DNA of 64,000 nucleotides from positions 1 to 64,000 of the IMG/VR virus record IMGVR_UViG_3300043112_000063, one strand, 5' to 3'. This document shows, in pieces, positions 1 to 8,268 of this stretch. The notes under the pieces were generated by a model. It had not been told where the DNA came from. It was given only the letters and a program-made list of their open reading frames with translations, and searched no databases. A program made the position numbers and the translations under genes. The stretch is from a virus. Each line of letters starts with the position of its first letter. The first letter of the stretch is position 1.

Positions 1-8
1 GTGTTGTC

Positions 9-44
<36 letters not shown>

Positions 45-81
45 TAGACCACAATAATATTCCTGACTCCCTTTTAAAAAC

Positions 82-411
82 TTATCTATTTCCGCCGCGA
101 CAAGCAAGTCTATACTTATCTCGAATAGATACTCGGTTAATACTTGGTTCAGTATAAGTAATCATCACGTAACAGTCTCTAGTCTGAGCGAACTTAAATG
201 CACTACCATCTTTTAGTCCTACGTTTATGACACGGTCTCCTGCTACATAGGCGAAATCAGCTTCTAACACGGCTTTTCTTATCTCCCTGCGGTTACTACT
301 CTTGAATCGTTGGTTAATACGTTGTCGGGCGTGTTTTGTTAGTTTGAAGTTATTACTAACAATTCTTAGGTCGTCTTTGTTAAGAACCCATAGTACTGGA
401 AAGGTATGCAT
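82..411 (-). CDS. Hypothetical protein, possibly DUF4258/RelE-like fold (LTKHARQRINQR motif)
   Basis: 109-aa ORF coupled to the upstream ORF; T-x-H-A-x-x-R motif. Confidence 0.6.
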   Translation of the reverse strand: MHTFPVLWVLNKDDLRIVSNNFKLTKHARQRINQRFKSSNRREIRKAVLEADFAYVAGDRVINVGLKDGSAFKFAQTRDCYVMITYTEPSINRVSIRDKYRLACRGGNR

Positions 412-611
412 TAGTAATCGTACTCACTTACTTCGTTGAAACTAATACTTGTTATAAACTTATCGCCCGCCTCAATACAGAATATAACAATCTCTCCGTC
501 TCTAACTTCATACCGTTGTACTTGTGCACCCCAGTTGCTTGCAACATTTCGACATATTCTCTCCATGTCCTCTTCGTGATATTGTTTACCATCAATGTCG
601 TAAACTTTCAT
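411..611 (-). CDS. Hypothetical early protein
   Basis: 66-aa ORF with GGGGT SD and a sigma-A promoter upstream. Confidence 0.7.
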   Translation of the reverse strand: MKVYDIDGKQYHEEDMERICRNVASNWGAQVQRYEVRDGEIVIFCIEAGDKFITSISFNEVSEYDY

Positions 612-656
612 TCTACTACCCCCTTTGTTTTTTACCTATTAAATAGGTTATACTTA

Positions 657-685
657 ATTATACTTGATAACAATGTAAATGTAAA
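657..685 (-). promoter_or_regulatory. Sigma-A-type promoter TTTACA-17-TATAAT
   Basis: Reverse complement of TGTAAA (680-685) and ATTATA (657-662). Confidence 0.75.
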
Positions 686-948
686 CCCCATAATTAGATA
701 AAGTGTACAAAATCCTTGATGTGACTTAGCGCAATTATCGACATAGGAGTTAGCGCAACTTTGAGGGTAGGACTTCACGCAATTGGAGTGACCGACCGAC
801 AGTATCTTTTAGTATTCTTTCAACTCACTAATACTTATCATTCACCTCACGACAAATATCCACAAAGAGAGCCTCATTTTCAAGTTTGATTGGCTCATTG
901 TCGAAAATGAAAACTTAATTGAAAAAATAAAATAATCACATTTACCCC

Positions 949-1078
949 TTGTAATTTCACCAATTATCACTTATAATGGGTATGTAAAGGTGGTAGAAGT
1001 CACGGTATTAAATAGTCAAAGATTATTTAAAACTTTTCACATTTACCCCTTGTAATTTCTTAATTATCGTGTTATAAT
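949..1078 (+). promoter_or_regulatory. Two tandem sigma-A promoters TTGTAA-17-TATAAT (949-977, 1050-1078)
   Basis: Both preceded by TCACATTTACCCC; exact 17-nt spacers. Confidence 0.8.
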
Positions 1079-1150
1079 TAAGTAACAAGGTAAGGTGGTC
1101 ACCTTAAAGTACCAACCAGACTGCAACCCAGTCACGAAAGGAGTTTCAAA

Positions 1151-1465
1151 ATGGCAAACAAGGTAAACAAAGTTAATCAAGATGTAGTAAAGGTAACGGT
1201 CAACGCTGTCAAGCCACAAATTACGTTCGTGAAACGTAAATTACACAAGTTCTTAAAATCAGAAAAGTTAGCGGCGAAATCAAGTACCCCTACCAAACCT
1301 GAAGCGGTCAAGTTAACCGAAGAACAAAGTAAAAAAGTGCAAGGCGTTATCAAAAGCGGACTTGAGGAAATGTCAACTAAATACGAACATACCACAAAAC
1401 CTCAAATCACGTACATCAAGAATCACTTCAATGTTCATACTAGTAAGTATTTAAAATCTGAGTAA
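1151..1465 (+). CDS. Small basic early protein; normal-composition paralogue of 3692-4015
   Basis: AAGGAG SD, tandem promoters, terminator; ~55% identical to 3692-4015 by manual alignment. Confidence 0.85.
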   Translation: MANKVNKVNQDVVKVTVNAVKPQITFVKRKLHKFLKSEKLAAKSSTPTKPEAVKLTEEQSKKVQGVIKSGLEEMSTKYEHTTKPQITYIKNHFNVHTSKYLKSE

Positions 1466-1474
1466 CATAAAAAA

Positions 1475-1500
1475 CGGGGTCGTAATTGACCCCTTTTTTA
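1475..1500 (+). terminator. Intrinsic terminator GGGGTC-gtaatt-GACCCC-T6
   Basis: Hairpin plus T tract after the stop codon. Confidence 0.8.
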
Positions 1501-1919
1501 TTTGTTTATTTTTGTTCACGCTTGACAAACTCATGGTCGAAAATGAAAATCGGAGTGAGACGACTCAAGGAGAAATTGAGCAAAAAGTGAGGTACGAGAT
1601 AGCGCAACGAAATGGTCACAGGGGTAGGCACTGACCGCCGACCCCGTAGGTTCCGAAGGAGATATCGTGTCAGATGTGACGTACCAGTTAGCGCAACTTC
1701 ACGGTTGTCAGTTAGCGCAATTGGTCGGACTCACCGATGAAATTATCCTTATCGAAAATGAAAACCTTGACTTCACATTAGATATAGTGGTGTTATTAGT
1801 TGCTATTTTCAAGGTCGACCCCGATGGTGTCATAGTCGAAAATGAACGTTTTTGCTACACTAAATCGTATTTTCCACCATTTTCTGTAGTGAAAACTTTA
1901 ATATTTTCACATTTACCCC

Positions 1920-1948
1920 TTGTAAAAACCCCAATAATCAATTATAAT
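1920..1948 (+). promoter_or_regulatory. Sigma-A promoter TTGTAA-17-TATAAT
   Basis: Same TCACATTTACCCC-TTGTAA context as 949 and 1050. Confidence 0.8.
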
Positions 1949-2007
1949 GGGTGTATAAGGTTGGTGGTAAACCAAAAACCACATTATCACATAAAGGAGT
2001 GTCGTAT

Positions 2008-2394
2008 ATGAAACAAGTTAACAATTTTGTAACAAGTAATCAAGTAGGTAGTAGTAAACAAGTAACAGTTGAACAAGGTGTAAACTACTTAATAAAGTGC
2101 CCATTTGACGTAAAAAGTAACACAATTTTACCCACACCTAATAACCCTGAAAGTGTAAGTTGGTTTATTAAAAACAATGGTAACATAGTCAGTTTTGAAT
2201 TTATACCTAAAGGTTTATACAATCAACAAAACCCAGTATGTGAAATTACCATAGTTGACCAACAAACACATAACAAGTTTAAAGGTGAAATTACCACATA
2301 TGACAGTTTAGGTTTCATGGATGACCTGTTATTAAATGTCAAACAAGAAACAGGGTTAGTGTTACAATATGATTGTTTTGGTAACCCACAGTAA
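2008..2394 (+). CDS. Hypothetical early protein (128 aa, no Ala or Arg)
   Basis: ATG at 2008 after AAGGAG; followed by a terminator. Confidence 0.8.
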   Translation: MKQVNNFVTSNQVGSSKQVTVEQGVNYLIKCPFDVKSNTILPTPNNPESVSWFIKNNGNIVSFEFIPKGLYNQQNPVCEITIVDQQTHNKFKGEITTYDSLGFMDDLLLNVKQETGLVLQYDCFGNPQ

Positions 2395-2401
2395 AACTGA
2401 A

Positions 2402-2431
2402 CAGGTGGTGTAAAAACCACCTTTTCTTTTT
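2402..2431 (+). terminator. Intrinsic terminator AGGTGG-tgtaaaaa-CCACCT-T tract
   Basis: Hairpin plus T tract. Confidence 0.75.
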
Positions 2432-2560
2432 TGGTAACATAGTATTCTTTTCTGAACTGACGACCTGAGCGCGCGGAGATTTAAGTAATTCTATGAGTTT
2501 AAGATAGAGAAGTGGAGATTTAGTCTAAAAAGAAAACATTAAAATAATCACTAAAAACTA

Positions 2561-2589
2561 TTTACATTTCCGTAATTATCAAGTATAAT
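2561..2589 (+). promoter_or_regulatory. Sigma-A promoter TTTACA-17-TATAAT
   Basis: Consensus spacing; followed by GGGTGTATAA as at 1943. Confidence 0.75.
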
Positions 2590-2664
2590 GGGTGTATAAA
2601 GGTGGTTAGGTTGTAGCAGATTTAAGCATTAGACCGACCACCTAAAATCAAAGGAGGAAAGATT

Positions 2665-2799
2665 ATGAAAAGTATTAGAGTATTTGTAGGAACATATCAA
2701 GATTGGAAAGACCTTATGGCTAAGGTGAAGAGACTCGGACTAGACCCGAGAGGTGTCACAGTTGGTACAATACCAGATATACTCGCATTTGAGGAGTAA
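2665..2799 (+). CDS. 44-aa protein MKSIRVFVGTYQDWKDLMAKVKRLGLDPRGVTVGTIPDILAFEE (not in the ORF track)
   Basis: AAGGAGG SD, own promoter, terminator-like hairpin at ~2803-2828. Confidence 0.75.
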   Translation: MKSIRVFVGTYQDWKDLMAKVKRLGLDPRGVTVGTIPDILAFEE

Positions 2800-3296
2800 A
2801 TAAAGGGGTCTTAGTCGACCTTTTTTTATTTATAGTTGTGTTATCGACACCGATAGACTCACAGTCGAAAATGAACACAAATGCGGATACGATTTAGCGC
2901 AACATTTTAGACCGACAAATGTCTCCACCGGAAGTGAACATATTAGTCCGTTGTTTTCAAGGTATGACTTAGCGCAACGATATGAACCGACCGATACAGA
3001 CCCACTAAATCATTGATACGAGATGGCGCAACTTTCGAGATACCAGATAGCGCAATTGTGCAAGAGTGACTTAGCGCAACGTTTTTCACCCGTCTCCACC
3101 GTCCACCCGTTCAATCAGGGTGGTGGTCTGGTCGTCATTTTCAAGTCAAAAAAAACACTACAACAGGGCCGTGTGTGTTGGTTTACTACAACGTCCCCGT
3201 GTGTGTTGGTTTTTATTTAAAAATAATTTTTAATAATGCACGTAAAATACCTAACATAACATACCCCCTATTTTGTTATGTAAATACTAAGGGGGG

Positions 3297-3626
3297 TTAA
3301 CCCCTTAATATTTTTTTAACGTTGTTATTGGTTAAATGGTTAATAATGGTTAATATTAAATAACGTTTGTATTGGTTTTTTGTAATACCGTTTAACTGTG
3401 TACTTTTTAATAAAGTGTTAACTTTTTTGTTTAAATAATTATAAATATAAATAACCTGTTTTTTTTGTGTTAACTTTTTAAGGTTGTTTGTGTGTGTGTT
3501 ATTTTTTAATGGTTTAAATAATTGGGTTAACCCTATTGTTTGGTTTATGGTTGTTTTTGTGTTTGTGTATAACTTGTTAAATTGTTTGTAATTGTTATAA
3601 TTAAAATTTTTTAAACTTACTAACAT
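3297..3626 (-). CDS. Basic 109-aa protein with no Asp, Glu or Ala
   Basis: Open frame; SD AAAGGGGGT just upstream of the ATG. Confidence 0.8.
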   Translation of the reverse strand: MLVSLKNFNYNNYKQFNKLYTNTKTTINQTIGLTQLFKPLKNNTHTNNLKKLTQKKQVIYIYNYLNKKVNTLLKSTQLNGITKNQYKRYLILTIINHLTNNNVKKILRG

Positions 3627-3691
3627 TTTTTACCCCCTTTAAAAATTAAGTTGTAAGGGGGTTTTGTGTACCCCCTTACTGTGTTACTTAA

Positions 3692-4015
3692 CTACTGTAA
3701 ATACTTAACTGTGTGTGTGTTTAAATGGTTTTTAATGTAGTTTAACTGTGGTTGTGTTGTGTGTGGGTATTTGGTTTTTAAACTATTTAAACCGTTTTTA
3801 ATAACTTTTTGTACCCCGTTTAACTGTGTTTGTGTTAAACCTTGTTTTACTTGTGGTTTTGTTGGCGTGTTGTTACTGTGTTGTAAGTTGTTACTTTTTA
3901 AATGTTTACTAATTAAACGTTTAATGTAAGTAACTTGTGGTTTTACTTGGTTAATTGTTACCTTAACCGTGTTACTATTTACCTTGTTAACCTTGTTTGT
4001 TACTGTGTTACCCAT
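3692..4015 (-). CDS. Basic 107-aa protein with no Asp, Glu or Ala; recoded paralogue of 1151-1465
   Basis: Shared blocks NKVNKVN, VKPQ, TPTKP, TKY.HTT.PQ, YIKNH; SD AAGGGGGT. Confidence 0.9.
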   Translation of the reverse strand: MGNTVTNKVNKVNSNTVKVTINQVKPQVTYIKRLISKHLKSNNLQHSNNTPTKPQVKQGLTQTQLNGVQKVIKNGLNSLKTKYPHTTQPQLNYIKNHLNTHTVKYLQ

Positions 4016-4087
4016 TATGTTACCCCCTTAAGTTGTAACCTTAACCCCCGTTTATACGGTGGGTGGTTGTTACTAACTTACATACCC

Positions 4088-4115
4088 ATTATACCAAAAA
4101 ATAGGGTTATTACAA
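4088..4115 (-). promoter_or_regulatory. Island promoter CCCCTTGTAA-16-TATAAT with extended -10 TG
   Basis: Same CCCCTTGTAA...TATAATGGGTATGTAA context as the promoter at 949. Confidence 0.75.
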
Positions 4116-4958
4116 GGGGGTATTTTACTTTTTTTTACTTTTGTTTTTTGTTTACTATTAAATACCCCGTTGTTTACACGTTTAAACGGTATAAAAAAAA
4201 TTAAAACTTTTTTTGTTTTTTATTAAATAACCCACTTTTGCGTATTTTTACCCCGTTTTTTGTACGTGGTTTATTTGGTATAAATACCCCCAAAAAGTAC
4301 CATTTACCCCGTTTAAAATGGCCCGTGTTAACGTTTTATTGGTTAACCGTTATATATACCACCGTTAACCGTTTAAACCGTTACAACGTAAATAACAACG
4401 TAATTATAAAAACATAACAAAACATTAAAATTGTTATGTATTACTTGTTACTACTACAACGGGTCCAGGTGTACCGTTAACGTGGGTACCTTTTTTTCAA
4501 AATGTAATAATACCATAAGGCAGAACCCATTAGAGCCCAATTTTTTACCCCCTACTGGATTTCAAGATATGCCCTAGATACAGGGAAGAATGGCTCACAA
4601 TGGTCTCCAAAAGCGGGAATGGTCCGCCTGGCGCCTCGGTTTTTTATCTGCAATAGTAAACACAGTAGGGTACTGGGGTATTTTTGAAATTGAAAAAAAG
4701 GACAACCCCAAGTTTTTAAAAGGCTGTCCTAATTTTTTATATAATTTTTTAGTTGTGTACTACAGATGAGCCACGTATGGATTATGTCAGGGACTATGTA
4801 CTCATCCTAAGCCACTACTTCATTTCTTCTACTATCTTTTTTAACTCTGGATTATCATCCAATAACTTTTCGTATATACTACTGGTCAAAAGAGTAAATT
4901 CTTGAAAATATAGAATACCACCACGAATATGATAATAAATAATAATTATTTATACTTA

Positions 4959-5207
4959 CTATAAATGGAAAGAGATTTTATTATAAGTTTTATCGATGTT
5001 CTCTTCAATGAAACCACTTTTTACAAAAGATTTTAAAATTGATGGTATTTTTTTTCTTAAACTAATGTCTGAAAAACTTTTATTAATTTCTTTTAGAGAT
5101 TTCTTTATCTCGCCCTCAGTAAATCTATCATTCTTAGTAAGAATTACACCATAAGTAAGAAACCCAAAATCAGCAGTCTTAGTCTTTTGATTCCCTTTTC
5201 TATCCAT
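4959..5207 (-). CDS. Hypothetical protein, possible winged-helix
   Basis: 82-aa ORF with GGGG SD. Confidence 0.55.
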   Translation of the reverse strand: MDRKGNQKTKTADFGFLTYGVILTKNDRFTEGEIKKSLKEINKSFSDISLRKKIPSILKSFVKSGFIEENIDKTYNKISFHL

Positions 5208-5309
5208 TTTTCCCCCTTTGTACTAACATTATAGCATTAATTTATATTTTTTCAATAATTAACTTGCTAATTGTTTATATTTATCGTCTTTTCTGTAAGA
5301 CTTTAATAA

Positions 5310-5675
5310 TTAATGCCGCCAATGTTTTTCTAATGTGTCCATCAAGTTTTCTTGTGGTATTTCAGTTTCTTCATCCGCCGGCTGGTAGCCTAGCCTTACG
5401 CTTACTCGTTTAACTATGTCCCAGTAAATCATAGAGCACATATGTCTGCTTCCGTGGTATATAGTAATACGCTCGCTAGGACGCATAATGTAAACCTCGT
5501 ATCCGCCATAAAAATGACTCTCAGTAAATCCTAGTATGTCCTTGTCAGTATCGAAGGGCACGAACATAGCGTCGGGCTCTGGTATTTGTAAGTGTGTTTT
5601 CATCTTTGTCTCCTTTCCGTTTTTTTCTTCAAAAAAAGAATCTTCAATTCTGGTACTGTATATAAAGTAAACCAC
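5310..5675 (-). CDS. Hypothetical protein (true start possibly ATG at ~5603)
   Basis: ORF; AAGGAG precedes the internal Met. Confidence 0.55.
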   Translation of the reverse strand: MVYFIYSTRIEDSFFEEKNGKETKMKTHLQIPEPDAMFVPFDTDKDILGFTESHFYGGYEVYIMRPSERITIYHGSRHMCSMIYWDIVKRVSVRLGYQPADEETEIPQENLMDTLEKHWRH

Positions 5676-5683
5676 GTGTTATC

Positions 5684-6037
5684 CTACGCGCCAAAAGCCC
5701 CGTCGATGATTTCTTGGGTGATTTCAACATAGAATTCCATGTGCTCTTTAAAAGGTCTCGTCTTTTTATAACCATTGTTATCTTTTATTTCTTCTTTAGG
5801 AGTAGCCTTGATAACTAAGTCTAAGACTACGTATAGAACGTTGTCTTTAAGTACAAGGTCTTTCTTAGTACTCATACTAATAACATTACGCCCGCTAAGG
5901 AAGTCTTCGTTATTATACAAACTAAAAACATAGTTACGTAATTGCTTAACAGTTTCTAAGTTAGCATTGTTAATGGTTTTTATTAACCTTTGTTCGTGAA
6001 ACTTAAAGTCTTTATAAGCATCAAAGACCCGTAACAT
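5684..6037 (-). CDS. Hypothetical protein
   Basis: ORF coupled to the upstream gene. Confidence 0.7.
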   Translation of the reverse strand: MLRVFDAYKDFKFHEQRLIKTINNANLETVKQLRNYVFSLYNNEDFLSGRNVISMSTKKDLVLKDNVLYVVLDLVIKATPKEEIKDNNGYKKTRPFKEHMEFYVEITQEIIDGAFGA

Positions 6038-6444
6038 TATTTAGCCTCTTTTTTCGCTTTCTTTTTAGGTTGTTTTTCGTTCTTTGTGGCGTCTTGTTCA
6101 AGTCTTTGGTTGATGCGTTTTTGCATATCTTCTAACAAAATCTTACTTGTAGCCACAATAGTTTTATACTCATACGTAGTAATAAGTCTTTCTAATTGGT
6201 ACTTGCCGTTAGATGAGTTGTTGATGTCCATTAAGTAATTTAAGTACGTATTTTTATTAATGTTATCTAACGCAACTTTAATCTTTTTAAGTGCGTCAAC
6301 CAAATCATTCTCTTTTCTAGCCTCTACAATGTAAAATGTTTTTCTCATTTCAAGTAATTGTAGTTCTAGTTGTAATTTTTCTAATTTTAATCCTCTGATT
6401 TCTTTCTCTAATCTTTCTAACTTTGTTAATTCATTATTCTTCAT
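6037..6444 (-). CDS. Hypothetical coiled-coil protein
   Basis: Heptad-rich N-terminus; SD present. Confidence 0.7.
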   Translation of the reverse strand: MKNNELTKLERLEKEIRGLKLEKLQLELQLLEMRKTFYIVEARKENDLVDALKKIKVALDNINKNTYLNYLMDINNSSNGKYQLERLITTYEYKTIVATSKILLEDMQKRINQRLEQDATKNEKQPKKKAKKEAK

Positions 6445-6586
6445 TTATCTTATACCTTCCTTTTCTAATAAGTCTATTAATACAGAGACAACTTCTTCAA
6501 CGTCAACATCATCGGAAAATGTTTTTTCAACAAACCGTGTAATTGTACGTTCTATAATTGTTCTCAAGTTTTCAATAATATTTTCA

Positions 6587-7132
6587 TCATACATTTCTAA
6601 TCCATCCCGTTTTATGTTTATTAAATAACTCTTTATTTGTTATATCGTACCTATAATTCCTTAGTAATCTATGGATAGTGGAATTACAAGCCGTAAACAT
6701 ATCTTTTTTAAGTCTTAACCTTTGTCTATCGGTTAATTTGTAGTCTATTTTTCCACATCTTTTAACTACTTGCATCTCGTATAATCTACAACCTAAAAAC
6801 TTACTGTGTTTTTGTTCTTGTTTAACTAATACACCAACACCCTTAGGTATTTTATCTTTAACTTTTTCATAAAGGTCTCTAGTCATAGCGTAGTAATTCC
6901 TATCGCCATATAAATTATGTCCTGTCTTACCATTAAAGTCTTGTAAACTTTGTTTAATCTCAACAAACGTAAACTTATCCTCTCTATCAACGGCGACAAA
7001 ATCAACTCTACCTCTTATTTTATGTTTCCAATCACTAAACCTTACTTCAAATGCACATCTTTGACCGTAATCAATAAAGTACTTACGAAAAACTAGGCTT
7101 TCTATTTGTTTGGTTTCTCTTGTTTTACTCAT
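6587..7132 (-). CDS. PD-(D/E)XK nuclease, MmcB-like
   Basis: RVDFVA...FVEIKQSLQDF motif. Confidence 0.65.
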   Translation of the reverse strand: MSKTRETKQIESLVFRKYFIDYGQRCAFEVRFSDWKHKIRGRVDFVAVDREDKFTFVEIKQSLQDFNGKTGHNLYGDRNYYAMTRDLYEKVKDKIPKGVGVLVKQEQKHSKFLGCRLYEMQVVKRCGKIDYKLTDRQRLRLKKDMFTACNSTIHRLLRNYRYDITNKELFNKHKTGWIRNV

Positions 7133-7649
7133 TAAACTTAGTCATTACATATCTGTGTTTTTTCTCACTCCACTTAGCAAAATGAGTTGATTTTATTTTT
7201 ACATCCGCGATTTTTTCGTAAAGACTTATTAATTCTTGTTTAGTTTTAACTACGTACATTTTTCCCCAATTAAACGTAACTATATTTCCGTTAAGTTTAA
7301 ATACGGGAACGGTGTGTGATTTTATAAGTGGTCTACAAAAATAAGTAAACAAGTAAGCGTTGTCTATATCTTCATACTGTCCTAAAACAGCACTAGCATA
7401 GTCATCACAGTCTCCTTCGTTTATTTCAGTAGAAAATGTTGGTGGCGCTATTCTGTTAACTAAACCCCACAACTTATCACTAACATAATTCCAGTTTTGT
7501 GCTTTTAGTTTAGCAAAGTATTGTAAACGGGTCATATTAAGTGTATCTGTGTACAACGGTTGCTCTAATTTATCTTTTGATTTCCTGTAAGAATGTCTTA
7601 GAATTAAATCCCAAAACAAATGTCTAATTTTACTTAACATTGATTTCAT
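7125..7649 (-). CDS. Transglutaminase-like/papain-fold protein
   Basis: GDCDDYA motif with a downstream His (SHTV). Confidence 0.55.
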   Translation of the reverse strand: MKSMLSKIRHLFWDLILRHSYRKSKDKLEQPLYTDTLNMTRLQYFAKLKAQNWNYVSDKLWGLVNRIAPPTFSTEINEGDCDDYASAVLGQYEDIDNAYLFTYFCRPLIKSHTVPVFKLNGNIVTFNWGKMYVVKTKQELISLYEKIADVKIKSTHFAKWSEKKHRYVMTKFNE

Positions 7650-7762
7650 CCTTTACAGCAACAATTTTAATATCACTACGACTTTTCATTTGTTCTAACT
7701 TAGATTCCCTTACTCTAACTGTTTGTTGGTGACCTTTAGAATCTACGTAGACAACAATCTTT

Positions 7763-7966
7763 TTACTGCTGTTTTGTAGTGTGTTTTCCATCTTCTTCAT
7801 CCTCCATATTTTTTATTTCTAAAGTTAATAGTATTTTTTGTTTACAAATTGGACAAACAATGGCTTTCGCCATTTCGGAGAATATCAAATCTCCTAAAAC
7901 TTGTACTCTATCAACAACTATCAACTGGTTACATTCTTTATTTGTACATCTAACTAAAAAGTTCAA
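7763..7966 (-). CDS. Small zinc-ribbon protein
   Basis: CxxxxC and CPIC; AAGGAG SD; promoter at 8007-8035. Confidence 0.6.
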   Translation of the reverse strand: MNFLVRCTNKECNQLIVVDRVQVLGDLIFSEMAKAIVCPICKQKILLTLEIKNMEDEEDGKHTTKQQ

Positions 7967-8077
7967 TAACTAACACTCCTTTCTTAATTTCTTGGTGTCT
8001 ATAAACATATTAACATATTTTAACTAAAATGTAAAGAGGTTAATTTTAAAAAATACTAAAAAAGTTACATTTTACCT

Positions 8078-8136
8078 TATTTACCCCTCCATTCTACAGT
8101 GGACCCCCCTCCACCGTACGATGGACCCCCCTCCAC
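8078..8136 (+). repeat. Iteron-like direct repeats TGGACCCCCCTCCAC, 22-bp period
   Basis: Exact copies at 8100 and 8122; degenerate copy at ~8078. Confidence 0.75.
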
Positions 8137-8268
8137 GCTAGCGTTACCCAGGAATAATATAGTAATACTTATAGTACTTTAAAACCATTAAAACATTGTA
8201 ACAATGGGTAAAAAGAATATCAATGGGTGTCCATAGAGAAAAAATATCAAGAAAATTAATTCTTACTC

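Larger units (their letters stand above)
726..3079 (+). repeat. Dispersed motif (T/A)TAGCGCAA, about 11 copies, often at 24-bp period
   Basis: Copies at 726, 750, (774), 1599, 1688, 1712, 2894, 2969, (3023), 3047, 3071. Confidence 0.85.
3195..4464. other. GA/TC-free, GC-depleted island
   Basis: Line-by-line reading found no GA or TC between the TC at 3194 and the TC at 4464; GC only at 3238, 3865, 4240, 4321. Confidence 0.95.

Noticed and set aside
1667-2011. ORFs 1667-2011 and 3023-3220 with repeated 'LAQL' peptides
   Set aside because: The peptides are just translations of the TTAGCGCAA DNA motif; no SD, and the first ORF overlaps a promoter
726-3079. CRISPR array interpretation of the 24-bp-period motif
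   Set aside because: The repeat is only ~9 bp, in runs of 2-3, with 15-bp gaps; no cas operon, and the Cas4-like gene is a typical phage exonuclease
3935-4204. + strand ORF within the island
   Set aside because: Antisense to the supported gene and its promoter; absence of TGA stops inflates spurious ORFs here
3195-4464. Island as low-complexity junk, bisulfite-type artefact or generic palindrome avoidance
   Set aside because: It holds intact ORFs, one homologous to another gene, and keeps C and G on both strands; palindromes GTTAAC, GTAC, ACGT and GTTTAAAC remain
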